DNA of 64,000 bases, from contig JBBRDV010000001.1 of assembly GCA_038203565.1 (NCBI GenBank), positions 72,335 to 136,334 on the forward strand, written 5' to 3'. Both the position numbers and the translations under genes were made by a program. A model generated the notes under the pieces. The model was not told the origin of the DNA. It worked only from the letters and a program-made list of their open reading frames with translations, and did not search any database. This DNA is from Atribacterota bacterium (GTDB lineage: Bacteria; Atribacterota; Phoenicimicrobiia; Phoenicimicrobiales; Phoenicimicrobiaceae). Below are positions 1-10,635 of the stretch, piece by piece. Positions within the stretch are counted from its first letter, which is position 1, and the number at the start of each line of letters is the position of its first letter.

Positions 1-1318
1 TAAGGTCAGGGATTTTATCTAAATATTGATCGTTTTCACCAGATAGAATCATATATCCCTTAAACAATATCTTAGAACCGGAAGTCCTAAAGATATATTT
101 TCCTGATTCTATATCTATAGTAATCTTTTCCAGATAGGCCGCCTTCATCCTGCTTGCCATAAATCTTTGCCAGATTAAATGATACAATTTATATTGATCT
201 TTAGTTAGATATTTTTTAATCAATTCCGGGTGATTAAATACATCTGTAGGTCTAATAGATTCATGAGCATCTTGAATATTTACATTTTTTATTTTATCTT
301 TCTCTTTCCCTGAGCTTTGTAATGATTTGGCAAATTCTTTGCCGTAATGCTCTTCAATATATTTTTTCGCTTCACTCTTTGCCTCGTTGGATACCCTTAC
401 TGAGTCGGTACGCATATAGGTAATTAAACCGATATTTCCTTTGTCACCCAAGTTAATACCTTCGTACAACTGCTGAGCTATTAACATAGTTATTTTGATA
501 GGAAAATATAATCTATTAAACCCTTCTTGTTGTAAAGTGCTGGTAGTAAATGGTGGTTGTGGATTTTTGAATTCCTTCTTTTTGTTAATATTTTTAACAT
601 ATATATCCTGATTTTTTACTTCTTTACAGATATTAGTTGCTTCTTTTTCAGTATTAATAGTCGCTTTTTTAGAGTCTACCGAAAAAAGTTTTGCCTCAAA
701 AGGTTCTGCCTTTTCATCTTCAATTTTTTTAAGCAAGGCGTTTATTGTCCAATATCCTTCTATTTTAAATTTAGCTATTTCTTCTTCTCTTTCACATATT
801 AAAAGTAAGGTTACAGATTGTACTCTTCCTGCACTTAATTTTTTGCCAATTTTTTCCCATAATAATGGACTAACCTTATAACCCACCAATCTATCTAATA
901 ATCTCCTGGCCTTTTGTGAATCTACCATATTAAGGTTAATCTCTCTCGGATTTTTAAAGGCCTGGGATACAGCTCTTTCGGTTATTTCATTAAAACTAAC
1001 TCTGTTGTTATCATTTTTAATTTTTAATTTTTGAGCAATATGCCAGGCAATGGCTTCACCTTCCCTGTCCGGATCAGTAGCTAAAAATACTTTCTCTTTA
1101 CCTTTAGTGCTTTCTTCTAATTCTTTTAATACCCTTCTTTGTTTAGGAATAACCACATATTCTGGCTGAAAGTTATTTTCAATAGATATTCCTAATTTTG
1201 TTTTAGGTAAATCAATTAAATGCCCTTTGCTCGATTTAATAATATAATCATCACCTAATATCTTTTTTAAGGTTTTTTCTTTAGTCGGTGATTCAACTAT
1301 CACTAAATATTTAGTCAT
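1..1318 (-). CDS. topA: DNA topoisomerase I, N-terminal part (gene runs off the window start)
   Basis: Minus-strand frame open from the ATG at 1318 to position 1. Translation begins MTKYLVIVESPTKEKTLKKILG (Toprim) and includes LSAGRVQSVTL and LYHLIWQRFMASRM, which are topo IA hallmarks. Absent from the ORF track because it is truncated at the window edge. Confidence 0.85.
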   Translation of the reverse strand, partial: MTKYLVIVESPTKEKTLKKILGDDYIIKSSKGHLIDLPKTKLGISIENNFQPEYVVIPKQRRVLKELEESTKGKEKVFLATDPDREGEAIAWHIAQKLKIKNDNNRVSFNEITERAVSQAFKNPREINLNMVDSQKARRLLDRLVGYKVSPLLWEKIGKKLSAGRVQSVTLLLICEREEEIAKFKIEGYWTINALLKKIEDEKAEPFEAKLFSVDSKKATINTEKEATNICKEVKNQDIYVKNINKKKEFKNPQPPFTTSTLQQEGFNRLYFPIKITMLIAQQLYEGINLGDKGNIGLITYMRTDSVRVSNEAKSEAKKYIEEHYGKEFAKSLQSSGKEKDKIKNVNIQDAHESIRPTDVFNHPELIKKYLTKDQYKLYHLIWQRFMASRMKAAYLEKITIDIESGKYIFRTSGSKILFKGYMILSGENDQYLDKIPDL

Positions 1319-1352
1319 TTTTTATTCCTTGTAAATTTTTTTTGTTATTTTT

Positions 1353-2459
1353 CTATTTTCCTTTTAACCGATTATATAAATCCTGTGGCCAGGAAGGTAA
1401 TATTATTGCACCATAAGAACAATGTTCATCACAACAAAAGCAAGAAATGCATTTCTTTCTATCCGCTTCAGGAAATTTATTGGTTAAATTCATTGCCGAA
1501 ACAGGACAAACTTCAATGCAATTTTTACATATTTTACATTTATTATGATTTACTATCGGCTTAACCGACGCAAAATTAAATACATGAGGGATCGCTGTTC
1601 TTCTCATTCTTTGCAAAATACCATTATTTGGTGTTTTAAACCCCGAAATTACTTCTAATTCTCCATCAATCATTATATTGGAGATATTTGTCTCCCCTAA
1701 ATTTCTTTCTTTGGCAACTTGCAATAACTCAATGGTATCAGGCTTAAGTCCCATCATGGCAGCCATAATTGAATCAAGAGAAATACCATTATCACTGCTT
1801 ATTATTTTATTTATAACTCGTGTTTTCCCATTAGTAGGTCCAGCACCTTCCATACCGATTATAGCATCCATAATATTTAAATCAGGTACTCTTATTTGAT
1901 AGATATCTACTAATAATTCAGCAAATTCTTTAACAGATCTAGTAAGAGTATGTAATTTTGCCTTCTTCCCTCCCGGAATGATACCGAACATATTTTTTAT
2001 GGCACCGGTAATAGTAGTTAAACTGTGGGTTTTGAATTTTGGAACATTAATGACATAATCTGCCTCTTTAACTATCTTGGAAATAAATAATTCTTCAATA
2101 AATTCTGATTCTATCTTTACTTCTACTATTTCCCTGGCAATATTACTATAACAACCATCAGAAGCATCTAATATTCCGGTAATTTTTGCTATTTTAAAAG
2201 GGTCGAAGTGAATACTACCGGAGTTATCTCCCACTATTATTGCTTTGGGGCTATACTTTTTTAATTCCTTAACAATTGCAGATATTATTCTTGGATCGGT
2301 AGTTACCCCTCTCTCCGGAGGAAATGGTCCTAAGAGATTTGGCTTTACTAAAACTTTTTTATCTTTTACTTTATCTTTTACCCCAAATATCTCAAAAACA
2401 TTTTTTATTATTTCAGATATTTCATTATTTCGTACATCACTGATTATGACTTTGAACAT
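1353..2459 (-). CDS. DUF362 domain protein with C-terminal 2x[4Fe-4S] ferredoxin-type motifs
   Basis: Core resembles the DUF362 family. Two CxxCxxCxxxCP-like motifs are present (CKICKNCIEVCP, CISCFCCDEHC). The start is probably the internal MFKVIISD codon preceded by AGAGGGAA; the ORF track gives 2486. Confidence 0.6.
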   Translation of the reverse strand: MFKVIISDVRNNEISEIIKNVFEIFGVKDKVKDKKVLVKPNLLGPFPPERGVTTDPRIISAIVKELKKYSPKAIIVGDNSGSIHFDPFKIAKITGILDASDGCYSNIAREIVEVKIESEFIEELFISKIVKEADYVINVPKFKTHSLTTITGAIKNMFGIIPGGKKAKLHTLTRSVKEFAELLVDIYQIRVPDLNIMDAIIGMEGAGPTNGKTRVINKIISSDNGISLDSIMAAMMGLKPDTIELLQVAKERNLGETNISNIMIDGELEVISGFKTPNNGILQRMRRTAIPHVFNFASVKPIVNHNKCKICKNCIEVCPVSAMNLTNKFPEADRKKCISCFCCDEHCSYGAIILPSWPQDLYNRLKGK

Positions 2460-2556
2460 ATTCCCTCTATCTTTAATTCGTAGCACGTATTGCGTATCGA
2501 GTATCGCGTGTAAACGCTATACGCTCTACGCTAGTTTTATTCACGAGCGACTATTT

Positions 2557-3162
2557 TTATTTTTCCATTTTGATCTTTTCTCCGATTTTTCTTTCTTTCT
2601 TTGATTTTAATTTTTCAATATTATCTTTATGTTTAAAAATACCGAGAATCATAATTATCGCACTGAATATAACATATTCATAAGGTTGTTTAAATAATAT
2701 TGTAAAAATAAAAATAGAAATTACAGCGAAAATAGATGATAAAGAGGCGTATCTTGTTATTATTATAACAATCACCCAGACTATTACTGCTAAAATTGAT
2801 ATCGTTGGATTGAGAGCAAATACAACTCCAAAGGTAGTAGCTATACCTTTACCGCCCTTAAACCCGAGAAATAAAGACCAGTCATGACCACATATTACTG
2901 CTAACCCTGCAATAGTTAATATTAATAAATTATCAATATTAAAATATTGTACTAAATAGATAGAAAAAATACCTTTGCCAATATCGCCAATTACTACAAA
3001 AGAAGCTAATAGAGGTCCCAATATCCTAAGAGCATTGGTTGCACCTATATTTCCGCTTCCGAGTTCTCTTATATCTACTTTCTTAAACAGTTTACCAACA
3101 ATATAGCCAAAAGGTATGGAACCCAAAAGATAACAACTTATAATTATTAAAACAATCTTCAT
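2557..3162 (-). CDS. plsY: glycerol-3-phosphate acyltransferase PlsY
   Basis: 201-aa polytopic membrane protein containing LGSGNIGATN and GGKGIAT motifs. Confidence 0.85.
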   Translation of the reverse strand: MKIVLIIISCYLLGSIPFGYIVGKLFKKVDIRELGSGNIGATNALRILGPLLASFVVIGDIGKGIFSIYLVQYFNIDNLLILTIAGLAVICGHDWSLFLGFKGGKGIATTFGVVFALNPTISILAVIVWVIVIIITRYASLSSIFAVISIFIFTILFKQPYEYVIFSAIIMILGIFKHKDNIEKLKSKKERKIGEKIKMEK

Positions 3163-4505
3163 ACTGTTTCCCTCTCCTCACTTTTTCTCGCTAAATTGAT
3201 AACTACAGGTGAGCCTTCAAAACCAAAAGTTTCATAAAATTTATTTTCTAAATATTTATGATAAGAGGTATACATTAATTTAGGATTGTTTACAAATAAT
3301 AGAAATGTAGGTGGTTTTATCCCTGTTTGAGTAGCGTATTTAATTTTTAGGGTATTTCCCACTACATATTTTGGAGGATTTTTAGAAATAACTTCTCTTA
3401 TAAAAGCATTTATTGCCGAAGTGGGAATTTTTTTACTGTATTGTAAGGCAACTTCTTTAATTTTTGAAATAATTTTATCAATATTATAACCTGTTATGGC
3501 AGAAGTCATTATCACGGGAGAGTTTTTCATAAAAGACAATTCATATCTTATCTCATCAATAAATAATTTTCTATCTATATTATCTTTAATTAAATCAAAT
3601 TTATTCAATATTATAATGCAGGCTTTTCTTTCATCTTGGATGTAATTTGCCATTTTTTTATCTTGCATGCTTACTCCCTGGGTAGCGTCCAATATCAATA
3701 ACACTATATCTGAATTATGCACCGCTTCAAAAGTTCTTAATGTACTGTAATATTCAACATCTTCTTTCGGTTTCGCCTTACCTCTCAAGCCTGCGGTATC
3801 GATAAATATTAATTTTAGTAAATCATGTTTAAAAATTATTTCAATAGCATCTCTGGTGGTGCCGGGATGTTCGCTGACTATAATTCTATCTTCCCCTAAA
3901 ATACGATTTAATAAACTTGATTTTCCTACATTGGGTTTCCCAATAATTGATATTTTTATAATGTCCTCTTCTTCTTCCGGTTCTGTTCCTACTTCTGGAA
4001 TACAGGATACTATTCTATCTAATAAATCATCAACATTAAGTCCGTGTTCTGCCGAAATAATATAGGGATCTCCGAATCCTAATTCGTAAAACTCATATAA
4101 TTTTAATTCACTTCCCTTTACATCTCCCTTGTTGGCTACCAGGATGCTTGTTTTATTTTTTTCTCTAATCGCTTTAGCCACCTTAAAATCATCCGGATTT
4201 ATTCCCTCTTTGACATCGACCAATAATATAATTAAGTCTGCCTCTTCAATAGCCAATTTAGTCTGAACAGTTATTTTTTTTTGCATTTCTTCTTTTTTTA
4301 TAAAATCCACGCCTCCGGTATCTACCAGAACAAATTGCTTTCCTTTCCATTTACATTCTGCATATATCCTATCTCTGGTAATTCCAGGTTCGTTTTCCAC
4401 AATAGCGGTTCTTTTCTTGGTGATTCTATTAAATAGGGTCGATTTCCCTACATTTATCCTTCCGATAATAGCAACAATAGGTTTTCTCAAGGCAAACACT
4501 CCCAT
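3159..4505 (-). CDS. der: ribosome-associated GTPase Der/EngA (tandem GTPase domains)
   Basis: Two G-domains (GRINVGKSTLFN and GKPNVGKSSLLN; DTAGLR) followed by a C-terminal KH-like domain. Overlaps plsY by 4 nt. Confidence 0.9.
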   Translation of the reverse strand: MGVFALRKPIVAIIGRINVGKSTLFNRITKKRTAIVENEPGITRDRIYAECKWKGKQFVLVDTGGVDFIKKEEMQKKITVQTKLAIEEADLIILLVDVKEGINPDDFKVAKAIREKNKTSILVANKGDVKGSELKLYEFYELGFGDPYIISAEHGLNVDDLLDRIVSCIPEVGTEPEEEEDIIKISIIGKPNVGKSSLLNRILGEDRIIVSEHPGTTRDAIEIIFKHDLLKLIFIDTAGLRGKAKPKEDVEYYSTLRTFEAVHNSDIVLLILDATQGVSMQDKKMANYIQDERKACIIILNKFDLIKDNIDRKLFIDEIRYELSFMKNSPVIMTSAITGYNIDKIISKIKEVALQYSKKIPTSAINAFIREVISKNPPKYVVGNTLKIKYATQTGIKPPTFLLFVNNPKLMYTSYHKYLENKFYETFGFEGSPVVINLARKSEERETV

Positions 4506-4522
4506 TTTTTAATTTTATTTTC

Positions 4523-5179
4523 CTATTTTAAAATGTTTTTTATTTTCTTTATGGTCATTTCAGGATTTGAGCTTTTAGATATGATTTGACCAACCACAAT
4601 TATTTCTGCTCCGGCTTTAACCACCTGATAAATATTATCTAAATTTATTCCGCCATCAACTGCCAAGCTTATTGATTTTTTTTGATTATCTATTATTTTT
4701 CTCGCCTTTTCTATTTTAGTAATCATCTCCGGGATAAATTTCTGCCCGCCAAAACCCGGATTAACTGTCATTAATAATAATATGTCTATCTTATTAATTA
4801 AATACTCAATAACACTTAGAGTAGTTGCCGGATTTAGAGCAATACCGGATTTTACATTAGACTCATTAATAGTTTGGATAAGTCTGTCAAGGTGTTTAGA
4901 AGTTTCGTAATGTACAATTATAATATCTCCACCCGCATCAACAAATGATTTAATGTGATTCTCCGGTTTTTCTACCATCAGATGAACTTCTAAGGGAAGA
5001 GAGGTTATACTTTTAATTGATTCTACTATCCTGGGACCAAAGGAAATATTCGGTACAAAATTTCCATCCATAATGTCTAAGTGAAGTAAATCTGCCCCTC
5101 CGTTTTCTATCTTTTTTATTTCTCTTTCCAAATGGGCAAAATCTACATCCAAGATTGAGGGAGCCAATTTTTTTATCAT
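4523..5179 (-). CDS. rpe: ribulose-phosphate 3-epimerase
   Basis: APSILDVDFAHLEREI..HLDIMDGNFVPNISFGP..VNPGFGGQKFI, which are Rpe hallmarks. Confidence 0.9.
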   Translation of the reverse strand: MIKKLAPSILDVDFAHLEREIKKIENGGADLLHLDIMDGNFVPNISFGPRIVESIKSITSLPLEVHLMVEKPENHIKSFVDAGGDIIIVHYETSKHLDRLIQTINESNVKSGIALNPATTLSVIEYLINKIDILLLMTVNPGFGGQKFIPEMITKIEKARKIIDNQKKSISLAVDGGINLDNIYQVVKAGAEIIVVGQIISKSSNPEMTIKKIKNILK

Positions 5180-5237
5180 AATTATAACACCACCTATTTA
5201 TATAAATAATTGTGTATTTTAAAAACTTTGGTCATAA

Positions 5238-6773
5238 TTAATACAGCCATAATTTACGATCAAGGCTTCTATATTGAATGGATTCAGATAAATGAGAAAT
5301 TTCTATCTTCTTTGATTGTTCTAAATCAGCTATGGTTCGGGCTACTTTTAATATACGGTCATAAGCTCGAGTACTTAAATTTAACTTTTCCATTGCCTTG
5401 TAAAGTAAATTTTTAGCATTGTCATCAATATTACAATATTCTTTAATCTGTTTTTTGGTCATTCGAGCATTACAAAAAATACTGTCTTCACAATATCTTT
5501 CTCTTTGTATTTTTCTTGCTCTTTCCACTCTTTCTCTTATGGTAAAAGAGTTTTCTTCAAAATCCTTCTCCATGACTTCTCGACAATTTATCCGGGGGAC
5601 TTCAATATGAATGTCAATTCGATCTAATAACGGTCCCGATATTTTTGAACGATATTTAACAATTTGAGACGAACTACAAGTGCAAACCTTAACCGGATCA
5701 CCGTAAAAGCCGCAAGGACAGGGATTTAGGGAAGATATCAACATAAAAGAAGAAGTATAACTAACAGAGCTAAGAGAGCGTGAAATGGTGACTATCCCGT
5801 CTTCCAGGGGTTGACGTAGAGATTCTAAAGCACTTCGGGAAAATTCCGGTAATTCGTCTAAAAATAGTACACCATTATGGGCCAAGCTAATTTCTCCTGG
5901 TTTGGGCGTCTTGCCTCCTCCGATTAATCCAACATTACTTATAGTATGATGCGGAGCTCTGAACGGTCTCTCCGTAACCAAAGGGGTATCCGGTGGAAGT
6001 AAATTGGCAATACTATATAATTTAGTAATTTCTATAGATTCTTCCAGGGTCAAAGAAGGAAGGATGGTTGGAAGCCTGCGTGCCAGCATGGTTTTTCCGG
6101 AACCTGGCGGACCAATCATTATAACATTGTGACTTCCAGCTGCCGCTACTTCGAAGGCTCTTTTAGCGTGTTCCTGTCCTTTAACCTCAGAAAAATCTAT
6201 TAGACTGTTTTCGCTTAGTCGAAAAATATCTTCTAAATCTATGAATACCGGTTCAATGGATATTTTTTTATTTAAAAAATCAATTACTTGGTAAAGTGAA
6301 TTAACAGGAAATACTTTTAATTCTTTAATTATCCCTGCTTCCTTAGCGTTTGCTTGAGGAATAAGCAATTTTTTTTTACCTATTTTTTTTGCCATCAAAG
6401 CAATGGGAAGCACACCATTTACCGGTTTTATACTTCCATCTAAAGATAATTCACCCATAATTAGATATTCATTTAATTGATCTGGCTTAACTTGCTTACT
6501 GGCAACTAAAATTGCCAGAGCGATAGATAGGTCAAAAATAGGACCTTCTTTTTTAATGTCCGCTGGAGCAAGATTTACCGTAATTCTCTGCATAGGAAAT
6601 TCGAATTCAGTATTTTTTATGGCGGCTCTAACTCTTTCTCGGGATTCCTGAACAGCCGTATCGGGCAATCCTACGATATTGAACGAAGGCAATCCTGGAT
6701 GAATATCAACTTCGATTTCTACCATAAAAGCTTCAACTCCGAATATAGCCGCACTATATAATTTGGATAACAA
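5238..6773 (-). CDS. YifB/ComM family Mg-chelatase-like AAA+ ATPase
   Basis: N-terminal Lon-like ChlI domain, Walker [11 protein letters not shown], and a C-terminal Mg-chelatase subunit ChlI-like region. Confidence 0.8.
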   Translation of the reverse strand: MLSKLYSAAIFGVEAFMVEIEVDIHPGLPSFNIVGLPDTAVQESRERVRAAIKNTEFEFPMQRITVNLAPADIKKEGPIFDLSIALAILVASKQVKPDQLNEYLIMGELSLDGSIKPVNGVLPIALMAKKIGKKKLLIPQANAKEAGIIKELKVFPVNSLYQVIDFLNKKISIEPVFIDLEDIFRLSENSLIDFSEVKGQEHAKRAFEVAAAGSHNVIMIGPPGSGKTMLARRLPTILPSLTLEESIEITKLYSIANLLPPDTPLVTERPFRAPHHTISNVGLIGGGKTPKPGEISLAHNGVLFLDELPEFSRSALESLRQPLEDGIVTISRSLSSVSYTSSFMLISSLNPCPCGFYGDPVKVCTCSSSQIVKYRSKISGPLLDRIDIHIEVPRINCREVMEKDFEENSFTIRERVERARKIQRERYCEDSIFCNARMTKKQIKEYCNIDDNAKNLLYKAMEKLNLSTRAYDRILKVARTIADLEQSKKIEISHLSESIQYRSLDRKLWLY

Positions 6774-6962
6774 AAAAACACCTACTTTTTTAGTGAATAG
6801 TCATTAGTATTGTGTATTACGTTTGTTTCATCCTAACCCTAATCTTCTAAGGGGAGAGGGAATAAAGATTCTGTATCTTTTAATTCATCCCAATTGTACA
6901 CGCTAAACTCTCTACGCTGTACACTATCTTGCTATATACTCGATACTTACTTAATAATTAAA

Positions 6963-7337
6963 TTAAAAGGCTTGGTTGCTATCAAGATAAAAAGCATTCT
7001 TGATATGTTTTAACCTTTTTACATCTTTATGGTTAGAGATGCTGACCAATATTACATCGAAACAATAATTTTTCTCCCAAAGATTATATTTAGCTAAATA
7101 ACATAAAGCGTTTTTAATTATTTTTCGTTGTTTATTAAAGTTTATTGCTTCTTCAGGATATCCAAACTTATCAGAACGCCTGGTTTTTACTTCCACAAAG
7201 ATAATATTTCCCTTATATTCACTGATAATATCTATTTCTCCCAAGAAGGTACGATAATTTCTCTCTTTAATTTTGTAACCTTTTTCTTCTAAATATTTAG
7301 AAGCTATATCTTCTCCAAATTTCCCTATATTATCCAT
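6963..7337 (-). CDS. yraN: YraN family (UPF0102) predicted endonuclease
   Basis: 124 aa with GE(I/L)D..VFVEVKTRR core. Lies downstream of rnhB, as in Bacillota. Confidence 0.75.
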   Translation of the reverse strand: MDNIGKFGEDIASKYLEEKGYKIKERNYRTFLGEIDIISEYKGNIIFVEVKTRRSDKFGYPEEAINFNKQRKIIKNALCYLAKYNLWEKNYCFDVILVSISNHKDVKRLKHIKNAFYLDSNQAF

Positions 7338-7368
7338 CTGTAATAATCATCTATCTTTGTATTATTTG

Positions 7369-7543
7369 ATTAATCGTTGATTTTAAATACAACTTTTAGT
7401 TGTCAGTCTACAGTCTGGTACAAGGGAATATAATAATACAACCTCTACGCGCTTTGATTTTTCTATAAACTGGCAACTTGAAACCTATAATTATTAATTA
7501 TTAATGTATTTATTTGCTAAAGGCTATTCACTAATGACTAATT
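7369..7543. mobile_element. MITE-like dispersed repeat, copy A (~175 bp) bounded by degenerate inverted 12-mer termini
   Basis: Left end ATTAATCGTTGA; right end CTAATGACTAAT (reverse complement ATTAGTCATTAG). The core is ~80% identical to copy B at 22920-23117. Confidence 0.6.
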
Positions 7544-7559
7544 TCTTATTTTAAGTCAG

Positions 7560-8258
7560 CTACATCATTACTCTTTTATAGCTTTTTCTATGTATTTCTG
7601 ATGGGCCATACTTAAGTAGTGCTTTAAGATGTTCTTTTGTTCCATAACCTTTATTTTTTTTGAAAAGGTACTGTGGATATTTTTGGTCATATTGAATCAT
7701 AATATTATCTCTATAGACTTTAGCAACTATAGAGGCAGCAGCAATCGATATACTTCTGTCTTCACCTTTAATTAATGGTATCTGGAAAATATTTAGGTGA
7801 GGAATTTTAAAGCCGTCCACTAATAAATAATCAGGTAATTCTTTTAAATCTAAAATAGCTTTTTTCATTGCCAAAAAAGAAGCCTGAGCGATATTTATTC
7901 TATCAATAATTTTAGCTTCTACAACACCAATTCCCACGTCTTTTGCTTTACTTAAGATAGAACAATACAATTCTGTTCTTTTTTGTGAACTTAACTTTTT
8001 AGAATCTTTAATATAGGGAATAAACAATCGGCAGGGCAAAATTACTGCGGCAGCCACTACTGGCCCGGACAATGAACCCCTGCCTACCTCATCTATCCCG
8101 GCAATCAAAGAGTACCCTTCAAGTTTTAGTTGATTTTCATAGTTATAGAGATTATAAATTCTTAATCTTTCTGCATATAATCTTTCAATTTTTCTCCGAT
8201 AACTACAAATTATTGTTTTTGTTATTTTTGTTTTCCTATCTTTTACCTCAGGATCCAT
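7560..8258 (-). CDS. rnhB: ribonuclease HII
   Basis: IAGIDEVGRGSLSGPVVAAAVIL and DSKKLS motifs. Confidence 0.9.
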   Translation of the reverse strand: MDPEVKDRKTKITKTIICSYRRKIERLYAERLRIYNLYNYENQLKLEGYSLIAGIDEVGRGSLSGPVVAAAVILPCRLFIPYIKDSKKLSSQKRTELYCSILSKAKDVGIGVVEAKIIDRINIAQASFLAMKKAILDLKELPDYLLVDGFKIPHLNIFQIPLIKGEDRSISIAAASIVAKVYRDNIMIQYDQKYPQYLFKKNKGYGTKEHLKALLKYGPSEIHRKSYKRVMM

Positions 8259-8262
8259 TTAA

Positions 8263-8607
8263 TTATCTTTTTTCTTTAACTTTACTGGTTTTCCCAATCC
8301 TATCTCTTAAGTAATATAATTTTGCTCTTCGCGTTTTCCCTTTTTTTACAGATACTATTTTTACAATATTCGGTGAATGTAATTGAAATACTTTTTCTAC
8401 CCCAACACCTTTGGAAATTTTTCTTACTGTAAATGTTTCTTTACTTCCACCATGCTTTTTAGCTATGACTACTCCTGTAAAAACTTGTACTCGCTCTCTG
8501 GCGCCTTCAATAATTTTTTGATGTACTTCCACTGTATCACCAGGTGCAAATTCGCTATTCTCTTTTTTAGACTGTTCTTCTTCTAATTGTTTAATGTAAT
8601 CTACCAT
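8263..8607 (-). CDS. rplS: 50S ribosomal protein L19
   Basis: L19 signature FAPGDTV.V..KI.EG.RER.Q.F.GVVI. The likely start is the internal MVDYIKQ codon; the ORF track extends to 8643. Confidence 0.9.
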   Translation of the reverse strand: MVDYIKQLEEEQSKKENSEFAPGDTVEVHQKIIEGARERVQVFTGVVIAKKHGGSKETFTVRKISKGVGVEKVFQLHSPNIVKIVSVKKGKTRRAKLYYLRDRIGKTSKVKEKR

Positions 8608-8687
8608 AAAAATCATCCTTCCTAAATATTTTTTAAATAACATTTTCTAATTATTTACTATACGCTCTCTTCACGTCCTAGGCCACA

Positions 8688-9494
8688 TCATTTTTTTATA
8701 TTTTTATTCTCTGTATTTTTTTCCTTTTTACCATAATCTTGCTTAAAGCACTTTTCTAATTCTTTAAGAAAAGTTAACTCTCTTTTAGACAATTTTTTAT
8801 TTACAAAAATTTCAGGCCTTCTAATCAAAGTTCTTAATAGAGAGTGTTTCCTTCTCCATTCTTCGATTTCTTTATGATTGCCCGAAAGTAATATATCCGG
8901 AACTTTAAGACCTTTAAAATCATCCGGTCTGGTATAATGAGGAAAATCAAGATACTCGTTATAAAATGAATCATTGACCATAGATTCTTCTTTTCCTAAA
9001 ACTCGGGGAATCATTCTCGAAATTGCATCTACCATTAACATAGCTGGTAATTCTCCTCCGCTAACTACAAAGTTGCCGATTGATATTTCCTCTGCATCGA
9101 GAAGCTGAGGTATCCGTTCATCTATGCCCTCATATCGACCGCAAATGATTAATAATCTATTTTCTTTCGACAAATCTTTAGCCATCCCCTGGTTAAAAAT
9201 CTTCCCCTGTGCAGAAGTGATTATAATTTTTAAAGATAATGGAGATTTGTTTTTTTTTATCACCTCTACAGCATCCCAAATTGGTTGAGGCTTTAAAAGC
9301 ATACCAGGCCCTCCGCCATAAGAGTAATCATCTACAGTCTTATGTTTGTCCAGAGTAAAATCCCTAAGGTCAATTAGATTTATTTTGATCAATCCTTTTT
9401 CTTGAGCCTTATTTAATATGCTTTCGGAAAAAGGGCCTTTAAACATATTGGGGAAAATAGTTAATATATTAATTTCTAAACAATCATTTATCAT
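8688..9494 (-). CDS. trmD: tRNA (guanine37-N1)-methyltransferase
   Basis: Begins INILTIFPNMF and carries the SPOUT-type TrmD core (YSYGGGPGML). Conserved rimM-trmD-rplS order. Confidence 0.9.
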   Translation of the reverse strand: MINDCLEINILTIFPNMFKGPFSESILNKAQEKGLIKINLIDLRDFTLDKHKTVDDYSYGGGPGMLLKPQPIWDAVEVIKKNKSPLSLKIIITSAQGKIFNQGMAKDLSKENRLLIICGRYEGIDERIPQLLDAEEISIGNFVVSGGELPAMLMVDAISRMIPRVLGKEESMVNDSFYNEYLDFPHYTRPDDFKGLKVPDILLSGNHKEIEEWRRKHSLLRTLIRRPEIFVNKKLSKRELTFLKELEKCFKQDYGKKEKNTENKNIKK

Positions 9495-10000
9495 ATTAAT
9501 CCATCTACCATGCTTATGGTAATTCGTTTTTTTTCTAAACTGACATTCTTTACAACTTCACGAATAGCCGGGACAAACAATTCTTTTTTATTTTTTCCTT
9601 TAACTATATATACATCATTACTTCCCGTGCTTATTACATTTTCTACTTTTCCCAGAAAAACATTATTTTCGGTATATACTTCAAGGCCAATTATCTCAAA
9701 GATAAAATAAGTGTCTTTTGGTAGTTTTACAGCATTTTTTCTTTCAATTTCAAGAAAAGACCCTACTATCGTTTTGGCTTCTTTGATGTTTTCTATTTCC
9801 TTTAATTTTAAAATAACCGTATCTTTTTTTGTTCTTATTTTCTCTATATTTAATATTGCTTGGCAATTTTTATTTCTTAAAAAAACGGTGGCTAAATTTT
9901 TAAATCTGTCAATTGAATCGGTAAGGGGCAAAACGTTAACTTCACCTTTATTGCCCTGGGTAGAAACCACTTTACCAATTATAATAAATTCTTGATTCAA
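9491..10000 (-). CDS. rimM: ribosome maturation factor RimM
   Basis: GKVVSTQGNKGEV..PLTD N-terminal domain plus a PRC barrel. 4-nt overlap with trmD. Confidence 0.85.
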   Translation of the reverse strand: MNQEFIIIGKVVSTQGNKGEVNVLPLTDSIDRFKNLATVFLRNKNCQAILNIEKIRTKKDTVILKLKEIENIKEAKTIVGSFLEIERKNAVKLPKDTYFIFEIIGLEVYTENNVFLGKVENVISTGSNDVYIVKGKNKKELFVPAIREVVKNVSLEKKRITISMVDGLI

Positions 10001-10047
10001 TAAAATTTCTCCTTATTCACTAACGACTAATACACTAACGGCTAATT

Positions 10048-10278
10048 TTAATCGATAATTTCGATAACCACTCGCTTATCATCCTTCTGCGCTGCAGCAT
10101 TCACTATAGTTCTTATTGACTTTATATTTCTGCCTTGCTTTCCTATTACCTTACCTATGTCTTTAGGATCAACCTTTATTTCAAATATCGATGATTTTTC
10201 ACCAATAATTTCATTTATCTCTACTTGGTTTGGATTGTCTACTATCCCTTTTATAATTAATTCAATAAGTTCTCTCAA
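10048..10278 (-). CDS. KH-domain RNA-binding protein (YlqC-like)
   Basis: 76 aa containing VIGKQGRNIKSIRTIV, a KH GXXG loop. Conserved position between rpsP and rimM. Confidence 0.8.
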   Translation of the reverse strand: MRELIELIIKGIVDNPNQVEINEIIGEKSSIFEIKVDPKDIGKVIGKQGRNIKSIRTIVNAAAQKDDKRVVIEIID

Positions 10279-10299
10279 AATAATCTCCTTAGGTCTTAT

Positions 10300-10548
10300 C
10301 TATTTTTTCAATATTCCTTCTTTCTTAAATAAATCTTTTACCGTTGTTGAAAGTTGAGCACCCTTTCCGATCCATTTTAAACTTGCCTCCTGGTCAATCT
10401 TAAGAACATAAGGATCAGAAAGTGGTTGATAATATCCTAATTGCTCTATAAATTTAGCATTACAAGCTCTCCTCGAATCGATTACCACTACTTTGTAAAA
10501 AGGTTTTTTCTTGCCACCTTCTCTTCTAAGTTTAATTTTAACTGACAT
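10300..10548 (-). CDS. rpsP: 30S ribosomal protein S16
   Basis: VKIKLRREGGKKKPFYKVVV..FIE.LGYYQP. The start is probably MSVKIKL; the ORF track gives 10563. Confidence 0.9.
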   Translation of the reverse strand: MSVKIKLRREGGKKKPFYKVVVIDSRRACNAKFIEQLGYYQPLSDPYVLKIDQEASLKWIGKGAQLSTTVKDLFKKEGILKK

Positions 10549-10635
10549 TGATTTTGCCTCCATTCTGTTATTTACATTTTTTTATTTTTCTGTATTTTTT
10601 ATATATCTTTCTATTCTCTTTTAACTTTAACTATT

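Noticed and set aside
557-802. 81-aa plus-strand ORF and the other plus-strand ORFs in the track (e.g. 2245-2604, 35753-36283, 39787-40110, 59217-59765)
   Set aside because: All lie antisense inside well-supported minus-strand genes, have low-complexity Phe/Leu/Ile- or Ser/Pro-rich translations and lack RBS. They are frame artefacts of AT-rich coding DNA.
6840-6880. CCTAACCCTAA telomere-like string and weak CCCT..AGGG hairpin in the comM-yraN spacer
   Set aside because: Single occurrence, a 4-bp stem and no repeat structure. Most likely coincidental.
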